Part shown: one piece after another, positions 11,065 to 21,165 of the stretch
Numbering within the stretch: the stretch's first letter is position 1
Layout of the letters: every line of letters starts with the position of its first letter
DNA from: Mantamonas sphyraenae STR306
Lineage: Eukaryota; Protista; CRuMs
NCBI GenBank assembly: GCA_026936335.1
Contig: JAPMXV010000019.1
Coordinates: 186,001 to 250,000 of the forward strand
Direction of reading: 5' to 3'
DNA: 64,000 bases
Notes under the pieces: generated by a model
Databases searched by the model: none
What the model was told of the DNA's origin: nothing
Seen by the model: only the letters and a program-made list of their open reading frames with translations
Program-made: the position numbers and the translations under genes

Positions 11065-11964
11065 TCACTCCTCAATCTTGATGCACGTGTGCTCCTTTGT
11101 GTGTTCTCCCAGTTGCAGTTGTGTGTTCTTTGCACAGTCTGCGCAAAGATCAAAGTCTGGACACTGCTGACAGCGCCAGTGCTCGTCCTCGTCGCTGATC
11201 ATCTTTTCGCACCCGTCGCAAACAAACTGAACGACGGCCTGCTTGTTTTCCAGATTGCCAAACGGGTGTTTGACGGTAATCACCACCGTGTCTCCGTCAT
11301 CGGCAGCGTCGATGCCCTCGTTGAGTGTCTTCCACAGGCGGTAGAAGCCCGAAAAGTGGGCGATGGGTTTCCCGAGCGATTCTGAGATGAACTGCTCCTT
11401 TTCGTGGTCCGTGCGTCCCTGGTAGGCGATTCGGTTGAGGAAACGGACGGCGTGGTCGTAGCAATTGTTGTTGAGAGAATGGTAGCTCTGGGAGAGCATC
11501 TCCTCCGTGTAGTGAGCGCCAAAGGCGGTGTCGTACGCCTCCTTGTCTTTGATGTCCAGCGGCACACACAGGCATTGGGTCCAGGAGGTGCTGGCAGAGA
11601 TGTTGACGCCCGACTCGTCAAAGTTGAGGACCATGTCACCGTTGGTGTCGGAGATCCCCACGTGGAGCAGGGCGGTGTCACTGTAATTGTTGCTAAACGA
11701 GCCAAATGTGGTGCGTACGCAGATGGACGTCGGCTGTACGCCTGTCACTCCCGACAGGTGTTGCACAGCCATGAGTTCGTCCTCGGGGTTGTCTGTGTCC
11801 GGCGACCTGTGGCACAGGGGACACTCAGACACGCCGTCCACGGTGCCTTTGCCCCACTTTTCGCTTCCCCTGGAGATGACGTGCGAAGGCTCACCGTCCT
11901 GGCACACAGTGTGCAGTGTTTCCAAAAGGGGAAACATGGGATTGTCGACGCTGGCAATGGACAT
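11065..11964 (-). CDS. MKRN2OS/DUF4796-like protein fused to a C-terminal ZZ-type zinc finger
   Basis: LHVGISDTNGDMVLNFDESG..W..C.CVPL..Y....NNCYDHAVRFLN resembles MKRN2OS. CDGC..WRCQQCPDFDLCADC..HTKEH is a ZZ finger. Confidence 0.7.
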   Translation of the reverse strand: MSIASVDNPMFPLLETLHTVCQDGEPSHVISRGSEKWGKGTVDGVSECPLCHRSPDTDNPEDELMAVQHLSGVTGVQPTSICVRTTFGSFSNNYSDTALLHVGISDTNGDMVLNFDESGVNISASTSWTQCLCVPLDIKDKEAYDTAFGAHYTEEMLSQSYHSLNNNCYDHAVRFLNRIAYQGRTDHEKEQFISESLGKPIAHFSGFYRLWKTLNEGIDAADDGDTVVITVKHPFGNLENKQAVVQFVCDGCEKMISDEDEHWRCQQCPDFDLCADCAKNTQLQLGEHTKEHTCIKIEE

Positions 11965-12055
11965 GATCTGTGAGGATGGCGTCGCGTTTTTGCTTGGTTT
12001 CGCAAGCGCAAACGCGACGCCAGCGCATCCATTGAAAGAAGTGGGGAGCGCCGAG

Positions 12056-13300
12056 ATGACATCCACAGAAGGAGGACGGCGACACAGACGACGAATGGAG
12101 GCGAATGCAGAGGGCAAGGAGCAGCAGGAAAGGCTAGCCGGGCTATTTGCAGAGCTGGAAGCAGACGAAGCCTTGGCCAAGCTTGTGCTGAACAAGCAGC
12201 CCAAGCACGTAGAGCGTGCGGGTGAGAGGAAAGGAGTAGCTGAGGATGCCAGCAAGCAAGGCAGTGGGATGGCCAAAGTTGCAGGGGTAGGAATGGGGCA
12301 GGAACGGGGGTGCATTCGCGACACTCCCTGGCCCTCGGAGAGGTTTGAGAACGGAGAGCACACGCAGATCATTGCAGAGCATGCACGGACACGGACATGC
12401 ATCCGTCAACTGCGTAGAGAAGAACACTTGCGTCGGATGCGCGTTGCGGTGGGGATGGGCAGGATGCTGGAACAGTCACTCCCGCGAGACGGCTCGGAAC
12501 TGGGCGCAGGTCAGAGGGCTGCTCTGGAGGCGCTGACGAAACGGAACGCCCAGGCGGCGCAGCGAGGCCAGAGCAGCCACAGCGGCCACGGTGTGACAAA
12601 CACACGAGGGGGCAGTGGAAGCAGCGTGGTGTCGTCCGAGGTCCAAAAGTCCATCAATGCGTCGCTGCGGCGCAACCGAGCGTTGGCGGATCGGATGGAC
12701 TCCGCCGTGGACCGTGGCGACCAGCAGACAGTGACGCAATTGTTGGACAGGGGTGTAAGCGCCACATCGCCCATAGAAGCAGCCATTTCCGGGGGAAACC
12801 TGGGCATTGTGATGATGCTGCTGCGTGCGGGTGCCAATGCACAAAACGGAGTTGTGCTGCCGGTGCAGTTGGGCAACTTGGAGATGACCCTTGCTTGTCT
12901 CATGTCGGGTGTGCCTGCACCCAAAGATGTGCAACTGCGACGCAAGAACAAGCAGGAGATGACCAGCTTGTTGGCAGCACAGCGCAAGCGGGAACTGGGT
13001 CGGTGGATGGCAGAACACCAGAATGTGGCTGTCAAACTCCATGGTCTGGACCTTCCCTTTCGCTGGTCCCGCAGCTCCCATTGGCGTGTGACACCGCAGA
13101 TGGACATGAAGGCGGAAATGGCTCTTGTGATGAACCTGGTCGAGGAAGACACGCTGTTTCGCACTCGCGCTCGCTCCAAGCCCTACAATCCGACGGCCCA
13201 GTGGCACGTGCTGCCGTTTGAAGCCATCGAGTGCATTCTGGGCCACTGCATGCGTTCGATTGACGCGGAGCCCGTGTGGGAGGAAGGGGTGGGATTGTGA
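12056..13300 (+). CDS. Ankyrin-repeat protein
   Basis: AVDRGDQQTVTQLLDRG / AAISGGNLGIVMMLLRAGAN / VQLGNLEM ankyrin-like repeats. Start codon uncertain. Confidence 0.65.
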   Translation: MTSTEGGRRHRRRMEANAEGKEQQERLAGLFAELEADEALAKLVLNKQPKHVERAGERKGVAEDASKQGSGMAKVAGVGMGQERGCIRDTPWPSERFENGEHTQIIAEHARTRTCIRQLRREEHLRRMRVAVGMGRMLEQSLPRDGSELGAGQRAALEALTKRNAQAAQRGQSSHSGHGVTNTRGGSGSSVVSSEVQKSINASLRRNRALADRMDSAVDRGDQQTVTQLLDRGVSATSPIEAAISGGNLGIVMMLLRAGANAQNGVVLPVQLGNLEMTLACLMSGVPAPKDVQLRRKNKQEMTSLLAAQRKRELGRWMAEHQNVAVKLHGLDLPFRWSRSSHWRVTPQMDMKAEMALVMNLVEEDTLFRTRARSKPYNPTAQWHVLPFEAIECILGHCMRSIDAEPVWEEGVGL

Positions 13301-13328
13301 ACCCAAATGGAGGCCCCAGACGTGCCCT

Positions 13329-14574
13329 TCATTTGCCCTTGCTCTTGCTCTTGCTCTTCAACATCACCTCCTTCTCTTCAACATTGTGGATGTAGATGGC
13401 GTCGGCCGGGTGGTCAATGTCGCCGCGGCTAAAGGTGTAACTGGAGGCAATTGCCAGGAGGGTGCCATCGACATTGAAATCGAGGCTGGCCACACTGGTG
13501 GGATAGGTGCCCAGGCTGCAGATGCGCTTGCGGCGGTTGCCATCCCATGTGTACACCTTGCCGTCGCCTCCGCCGGTGGCAAACGTGCCGAGAATAGGGT
13601 GGAAAGCCATGGCGTTGACTGAATACACGGTGGTCACGTTGCCCTTGCTCTCACGGTGGCACTTGAACGCAAACATGTTCTCCTTGGCCTCCTTGGAGTC
13701 TTCCACGTACTCCACGCTGACACGGCCTTCGATGCTGCTGACGGCAAACCCCTTGCCGTCAGGAAAGGCTGCCACGGCACGTGTTTGATACTTGAGGTTG
13801 GATGGGCGTTCCTGCAGGGGCTTGTCCATGCTTCGCAGGTCGTACAGCCACAGGCGGCGTTTGTTCAGGCCCAGCACGAGGTTGTAGTCGCCTACCAGAG
13901 CCATGGAGAACACTTTGTCCGCCACCTGGTACCCTGCAATGCCGGCCTCCTCCAACCTCGGGTCCCACAGCCGCACGGTGCTGTCCCAGCCACCGGACAC
14001 GGCAAAGCCCATCGTGCTGCTGTATTCCACGCATTTGACTCCTGCGTCGTGCACGCCCAGCTTCCGCGACTTGCTTGTCTCCACATCGAACCTGACCCGA
14101 GGACGGAAGCCGGTGAAGCAAGGCATGCGCGGTGTGAGTTTGTGGACGTACTTGTGGGAAACTGCCTCCTGCACTGCACAAGAGCAGCGGCGGGGGGAAA
14201 AAGGGAGGTCGAAACGGGAATTTGGCGCGCGCTGTGGATCACCCGCCGTGCTTACAAGCGAACGCGTTTGTCGACGCCACCGCTGAGAATGGTCGCCACC
14301 GAGGCGCCGTATACACAGTCCAGGACGCCTGCCTGGTGCTCGTACTGAGAGAGGAGCAGGTTTTGGTCAACGTCGTACAGACGGACACGCTGTGTGTGGA
14401 GAATCCGTCGTGCGTCAGCAAAAAGCGCACCGCACCACGCACACAGTCACACAGCCACACACATACCTTGTCCCAGGACGACGCTATGAGATGGTTGCTG
14501 GACGGGCTGAAGCGCACACGCGTGATGCCGTCTGATGGCGGCTCGGCGATTTCGAGCTCCGTTGCCGAAGACAT
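13329..14574 (-). CDS. BUB3: Mitotic checkpoint WD40 protein BUB3 (3 exons)
   Basis: PPSDGITRVRFSP..SSWDK|RVRLYDV, LKYQTR, SSIEGRV, FAFKCHR, TFATGGGDG, LAIASSY. Confidence 0.92.
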
Positions 14575-14635
14575 CGTTTTCTCGTTTTTTGTTGAGTTGG
14601 ATGAGTTGGATGAGATGCTCGTTCATTTTCACGAC

Positions 14636-15555
14636 TCAACAACAGTAACCCGACTGTTCCTGGCCGTCTTGCCAGTCGCTGTTGACGGTGACTTTGCCGC
14701 CTGCCGAACCCGTCTCGTTGTTGAGGCTCGGGGTGTCGCGGACCTTCTGCACAAGCTCCTGGAAGGCCTGTTGGACGCCCACCTTTGTCTTTGCACTGGT
14801 TTCGATGAACAGCATGCTGTGGTTGCGTGCAAAGGCGAGGCCGTCTTCTGTGGTCACCTGGATGTCTTCCTTGCAGTCGACTTTGCTGCCGACAAGCATG
14901 ACGACCACGTCGTCGTTGGTGCTGTACATGTCGATTTCGTTGAGCCACGTCTCCAGTGCCTCAAACGTCTCCTTGCGTGTGACGTCGTACACAAGAATCA
15001 CGCCATGGGCGCCGCGGTAGTAGGCCGACGTCAGCGTACGGAAACGCTCTGTGCAGAGCAGACGGAGCGACGTGACGGGATGGGGATCAAGGGACGGGTG
15101 AGTCGACATGCACAAAACACACGGCGTTGGCGGAGGGTGGGGGGCACGGGTGTGTGGTGACGGGGTTGCGGGACGGAAACCCGCCCCCGACCACGAGGAA
15201 TTGAGCGGACATACCTTGGCCGGCGGTGTCCCAGATGGTGAGCTTGAGCATCTCTGAGCCAAGCTTCATGTGGTTGACTTTGAAGTCAACGCCAATGGTG
15301 GCGGCCTGTTCCTCGTCAAAGGTGTCTGTGGAACGCGGTGGCAGCGAGCAGTGGTGAGCGCGCGTGTGGGAATGGCGTTTGGGACGGCAGCAACCACAGG
15401 CCACAGAACAGCCGTGGGGGACACAGGAGTCACACGGAACCCAGGATACACATACCGTCTGTGAAGCGGAGGAGCAGGGAGGACTTGCCGACGCCTGTAT
15501 CGCCGACAAGCAGCAGTTTGTACAAGTGGTCGTACTTTTCGTCCTTGCCGCTCAT
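14636..15555 (-). CDS. RAB18: Rab18-family small GTPase (3 exons)
   Basis: [47 protein letters not shown] and C-terminal GYCC prenylation motif. Confidence 0.88.
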
Positions 15556-15697
15556 GTGGATGGGTGGGTGGCTGTTCAAGAGCGGATGTGTGTGTGTGTG
15601 TGTGCGTGTGTGTAGTGAGGATGTACACGTGCACTGTGGGTGGCACAGAGAGGATGGAAAGGGACTGGAGAGCGGGGTTGGTTTGTTTGGGTTTGGC

Positions 15698-17403
15698 TCA
15701 TCCTTGGCATGCATTGGTCGGCTGCACCTGCAGCGTGGATCGCCCGAGACGCTGGGCAAGGACGTCGGGCACCGCACAGAGCCGTCCGGTTGCTGGTTTT
15801 GCTCTAGCAGTGCGACGAGGATGCGCGGGACGGCAAGGGCCGTCGCGTTGAGTGTGTGTACGTAGGTGGGCCTGGCCTTGACCTGGTCCTTGTCTTTGCA
15901 GCGCATGTTCAGTCTGCGTGATTGAAAGTCTGTGCAGGTGGATGCCGAGGAGATCTGGGGAGAGGAAAGGGTGGGTGGAGTCAGCAAGCGGCACCACAGC
16001 TGACAGGGAGCACTGTATCACACCAGACTCACCTCTCCATATTCACCACGACCGGGCATCCACGCCTCGATGTCGATCTTGCGTGCAGCAGGAGCACCCA
16101 GATCGTTGGCAGGCATTTCCAGAACCTTGTAACACAGTTCCAGCTCGTCAAAGAGACCCGTTTCGATGTCAACAAGCTCGTCCAACACCTCGTCAGACTG
16201 TTCTGGAGTGGCCACGACAAACATTTCCACTTTTGTAAACTGCTTGAGGCGATAGAGACCACGGGAAAGAGCCCCACTCACTCCAGCCTCGGCCCTGTGA
16301 GCATGTATGACGGGGAGTGCACGGATGAGAAAGACGGTTGGTGTGAGACGGTTAGAGACAAACATCAGTGGACTTTGTGGCGCCATGACGGCACACGCGC
16401 AAACGGTACCTGAAGCAATGAGAAACGCCGGCGAGGCGAATGGGCAATGCGTCTGTTGTGTACAGAGTGTCTGCAAGCATGCCAGCAAGGGTGACCTCTG
16501 CAGTTGCAACGAGACACAAGTCTGTGTCTGCAATGCGGTAGGTTTGGTTGTGGTTGTCAAGCTCCGAGGTGCGTGGGCGAAATCCGCAGGCCTCGGCGAT
16601 GTGTGTGCGGGCGACATCCGGGGTGGACACCAGTGAAAAGCCGTGACGAGACACAAGGCGCTCGGAGGCCCATGCCACCAGTGCTTGCTCGAGTAAGACG
16701 CCCTCGTTGCGGAGGTAGGCAAACTTGTTGGCCGCCACCCGGCTGCCGGCAGCGAGATCAAAGAGTTGCAGGGCATCCATGCCACCCAATTCGACGTGAT
16801 CGCGTGCTTGTACGTCACCCAACAGATGCTTCTGGCGATCAATCACATGCGTGTTGCGGTGGGCGATTTCGGAAGGCTGTGTTTGGGACGGATCCACACG
16901 AGGGTGCAGAAAGTTGGGCAGCTTGGCTGCTTCCTCCATCAACTTCTCTTCAATCTCATCTGCCTCTCGTTGCTGGTTGGCCATCTGTTCGCCCAGAAGA
17001 CGGCCCTGGTGCAACAGATCGTCTGCGTCTTGCCCAGCTGCCTTTGCACGGCCCACCAGTCCGCTCACGCGATTCCGTTCGCGTTGTGTCTCCTCCAGAG
17101 TGTGTACGGCCTGCAAATGCTGTGTGCGCAGATCCAGCACTGCGTCCACGTCTGCGTCGTGCACCTCACGTGCGGTGATCGCAACTTGCATCTCCTCACG
17201 CCGCTCACGCAGCGAGCGAAAGTCAAACGCAGGCTTCAATTTGGGGATGCCCACTGAGGGACGGGAGAAAGGTGTGGGAACATGGCGAGTGAGCAGGGAG
17301 GTTTGGTGTGTGGGGCAGAGGTGGGGTCGCGCAAGGAGTGTGGAGCAGACGGACCTGCCGAGACGGACTGGCTGGACAGAGCCTTTGAGCGACGAACAAA
17401 CAT
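15698..17403 (-). CDS. SARS2: Mitochondrial seryl-tRNA synthetase (4 exons; 1-bp frameshift near 15775)
   Basis: LPNFLHP, LVATAEV, SHCF|[55 protein letters not shown]; basic N-terminal presequence. Confidence 0.9.
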
Positions 17404-17512
17404 GGGGGGTACGGGGAGGGTGTCGGGTTGATTGGGCACGGGTGTGGTTTTGGGAGGGTGAGGGAGCGAGGGTGAGGAATTGTGCTGGCGAAGGCGGAGG
17501 CAGGCAAAGCGC

Positions 17513-18393
17513 ATGACGACGAGGGAGGAGTCCACAGCGTCGCCGGTGCCAAACAGCATCTACCCGCAGGGGGAAGATGAGGAGGACCTGGACGACGTGC
17601 CCAGCAACTACACCATCGATTTGGCCACCAAAACAAAGGAAATCAAAGAGGAGAACGACAAGGACAAGGAAATCCCGCCGTCGATCCTCAAGCTGGAAGA
17701 GACTGGCGAGCGAATCAAGGGCGCATTCAGCAAGGGGCCCACACGCGAGGAGGTGCACCAGTGCGACGCAGTGACCTTTGATGGCTTTGCACGTGTAGAC
17801 AACGATGGCAAGAAACAGAAGCAGACAAGGTGGGTTTGGGGCGAGCGGTCGAGTGCGAGGAGGGAGGGGTTTGGCCATTTGTGTGCGCCGTCGTGGAACG
17901 CATCAGCTGACACCAGTCGGGATTGCTTGACACGTGTGGGGCTGGATGACCACTGCAGGACCCTTGCGGTGTCGGCCAATGGCATCAGCAACGAGGTCAA
18001 GGGCAAAACAAAGTGGTTTTTCAACTCGGACGATGTGTACAGGTGAGTGCGGGACGCGTCAATCGTCCGCTGAGACAGGCATGACGAGTTTGAGTGGATA
18101 TCAAACCGAGCAGGCGCAACTAACACACATGCACGGTACACATACACACCATGTTTCACAGTGTATCGTTGGATCCCAACGACGAGAAGCGGGTTGTGCT
18201 GACGCTCATGCGTCGCGAGACCTACGAAGTGGAGGACGAGAAGACGGTAAGTGGCGCAGGCATCACAACGAGCAACAGTGAGGGTTTCCTGCTGGGCGAG
18301 AGTATGACACATTGCTGACACACACGGTGTGTGCTGATGCAGTCGGAACGAATCATCAAAACGAGCAAACGACTCAATCTGACGCCGTATTGA
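17513..18393 (+). CDS. Small hypothetical protein with possible PH-like C-terminal domain (4 exons)
   Basis: Three GT-AG introns (about 17829-17958, 18043-18161 and 18247-18342) give a continuous frame ending ...SKRLNLTPY*. Confidence 0.6.
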
Positions 18394-18502
18394 TGTTCTG
18401 TGCATGGTGGTGATGAGCGAAATGGAATCCAGTTCACATTCACAAAGCAATCATCAAAGTCCATTGTGTGGCTTTCTTCACACACGGCAACCATGCCAGC
18501 CA

Positions 18503-18967
18503 TCAACGCCTGTACGCGTCCCGGCCTCCGCCATAGGAGCGGTGATCCTCCTCGCGTGGTCGTTTGCCGTTTGAGGAGTGGGAGTGGGAGTGGGAGTGGG
18601 AGTGGGAGTGATGGTGATGGTGGTGGTGTTGGTGTTGGTGTTGCGGGTGGTTGCGCCCGATGTTTCCGTTGATGCTGTTCTGGGAGGAAGAGCGGTGCAT
18701 GCCTCCTCCCGAATGGCTGTGCGAACCATTGCCTGTGCCGTTAGCGCCGTGTTGCTGGTGCATGCCGCCCGTTCTGCCCGCTGAGGAGCCCATCGACGCC
18801 AACGAAGACGTCGAGGAAGACGATGTCATGCCCGAGTTGCTGTACACGCGCGAGTGCTGCAGGTGCTGGTTTTGCAGGCCGTTGCTGCTGCCGCCTCCTG
18901 CGCCGCCCCCCGTTTTGTAGGCGGAAGACAGCGACGACGATGCCATGGCACTGCTGGAAGAAGAGGA

Positions 18968-18998
<31 letters not shown>

Positions 18999-21045
18999 GA
19001 GGTCCCGCCTACGCCTCCGCCGACCTCCACTCGAGAGCGCTTGGCCGCAGGCTGGTACGCATCCTTGCGCAGCTTCTTCTTCTTTCGTGCTGTGTACTCG
19101 TGGCAGCTCTGGTGCAGCCGCGGCATGTCGGCCATCTCTGCGGGCATCGGGTCACGGTAGAAAAAGTCGTGGTCGAGAACCTGCTCGGCAGTGAGGCGCT
19201 TCTTGGGATCGAGCACCAGCAACTTGTCGAGCAGATCGATGGCGTAGGGATCCAAGAGGCGGAAATGCTCGCGAAGGCGACGACGGTACGCGGGCATCTT
19301 GCTGTAGTTCTTGTTGAACGGCAGCTTGTCGTACCCGGGCCATGTCTCCTGCGTGGGCGACCCGCACAGCTGATAGATCTTTTCCAGCTGTTCCGTGTTG
19401 TCTGTGCCCGGGAACAGAGGCGTGCCAAGGAGCAGCTCGCCGACAATGCAGCCAGCGCTCCAGATGTCCACCTCGGGGCCGTAGCGCGTGGCGCCGAGCA
19501 GCAACTCGGGCGGTCGGTACCACAGAGTGATCACCCTGTTTGTGTACTTGCGATCGCCCGAGGCGTCGTGGGGACGAGCCAGACCAAAGTCGGCCAGCTT
19601 CATCACACCACTGTTGCTGATCAGCATGTTTGCGCCCTTCAGGTCTCGATGCAGCACCTTGTTGCGATGGCAATAGAAGATCGAGGTGAACATCTGCTTG
19701 ATGTACTGTTTCATCTGAGCCAGACTGAACTTGGTGCCGCTGTCAATCAGACCCGTCAGGTCGTGGTCCACGTACTCAAACACCATGTAGATGGACCCCT
19801 TGCCCTTGTTGTAGTCCGTCGCTGTGTGTGGAGAGAGGGTGGCGGGAAGCAGAGTGTCAGTGTGAGACTGTGCTGTGTGGGCTCGGTGAAAAGAAGCACT
19901 CACGTTTCGACGTCACAATCTCGCGCAGGTTCACGATGTTGCGATGCTGCAGCTTCTTCAGGATCTTGATCTCGCGAATCGCCGTGATGGGGAACTGTGA
20001 ACGATGACGCAGGGGTGGGTCAGCCGGTGCCGTGGGAGGCAGCAACGCGTGCAAAAGGGGTGGACGGCTGCCTGGCAAATCGGCGGCGCATGGAAAACGA
20101 GCAAAGCACACGCCTTGCAGGCTAAACGTACCCCCTCCTTCTCGTTCTCCATACGGATCTTCTTGAGAGCGACCTCGTCGCCGGTCTCCTTGTCGGTGGA
20201 ACGGTAGACTTGGCTGTGGGAGGCGTGGGCGGGGCGTGTGAGCATGGAAGCGCGTGGCGGGTTTTCGTCGGAAAAACGGGTGGCGGCCGGCGTCGGGAAA
20301 AACCTACCCGTATGTGCCCTCGCCGATGAGTTGGCCCAGCTCGTAGTCAACAAAGGCACCTGGAGGCACGCGCGCAGGCAGCAGGCGTGGTGGGGAGGAA
20401 TGGGAGCCCCGCAGAAGCGGTGGCTTGTCAGATCGGAGCAGAGTGTGGAAAATGGGCGGTGAACGCGGACGGCACAAAACTCAGGCCGTGGAGGGCCCAC
20501 TCGCACTCTCGCACACGGATACACTTACGGGAGCCACTGGGAAACTCGGGCCGCGGACACTTTTGGCGTCGCTGCTGCAGCAGGATCTTTGCTTGCTGCT
20601 GTGTGGAGGCGCTGACCACGTTGGCCTTGAAGCTCAACGCAGCTTTGCCTGCACTGCTGCTGCCACTGCTGCCACTGCTGCTGCTACTGCTGCTGCTGTT
20701 GCTGCTGCTGTTACTGCTGCTGCTGCTGCTGCTGCTCGACGAGCTGTGGCTGATGGTGTGGGATGCAGACGGAGCGGAGCCTTCCAGCTCCATTCCGTTT
20801 GCGGCTGAGCGGTGCCCCTGCACGCCTGCAGATGCTGCAGACGCCGACACAGAGGCTCCGCCGGAGTGGGTGTTGTTGCTGCCGCTGCTGCCGCTGCTGC
20901 TGCCGTTGGCGGACGGGGCCACGCTGCTTTGGCCGCGTGTTTCTCCCGCCGCCGACGACGCAGAGCTGCCGGCTGCAACAACGGTGTTGGGTTTCGAGTC
21001 CCCAACGGACTGTGGGTTCACACTCTCTGTAGCCGAAGTTTCCAT
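18503..21045 (-). CDS. PITAIRE-type CTD kinase (CDKC/CDK9/CDK12-13 group), multi-exon
   Basis: GSR|AFVDYELGQLIGEGTYG, VALKKIRMENEKEG|FPITAIREIKIL, HRDLKGAN, DFGLAR, YTNRVITLWYRPPELLLG. Confidence 0.93.
18576..18645. repeat. (GGGAGT)n and His-codon repeats encoding the HS/HQ/poly-His tail of the CDK
   Basis: Tandem hexamer repeats directly visible. Confidence 0.85.
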
Positions 21046-21165
21046 GGTCTGTGCTGTGGTGGGTGAGCGCAACACGGTGACGAGGAAAAATGCGGCAAGA
21101 GGTTTGTGCTGCGGTTGTCAGCGCATCCTGTCCTGCATTCAAGGTGGGTCTGTTCTGCCAACTCA

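Noticed and set aside
15698-15790. SARS2 as a pseudogene, or a 26-nt micro-intron at the break
   Set aside because: All catalytic motifs are intact, and the micro-intron would delete the conserved VPDVL segment
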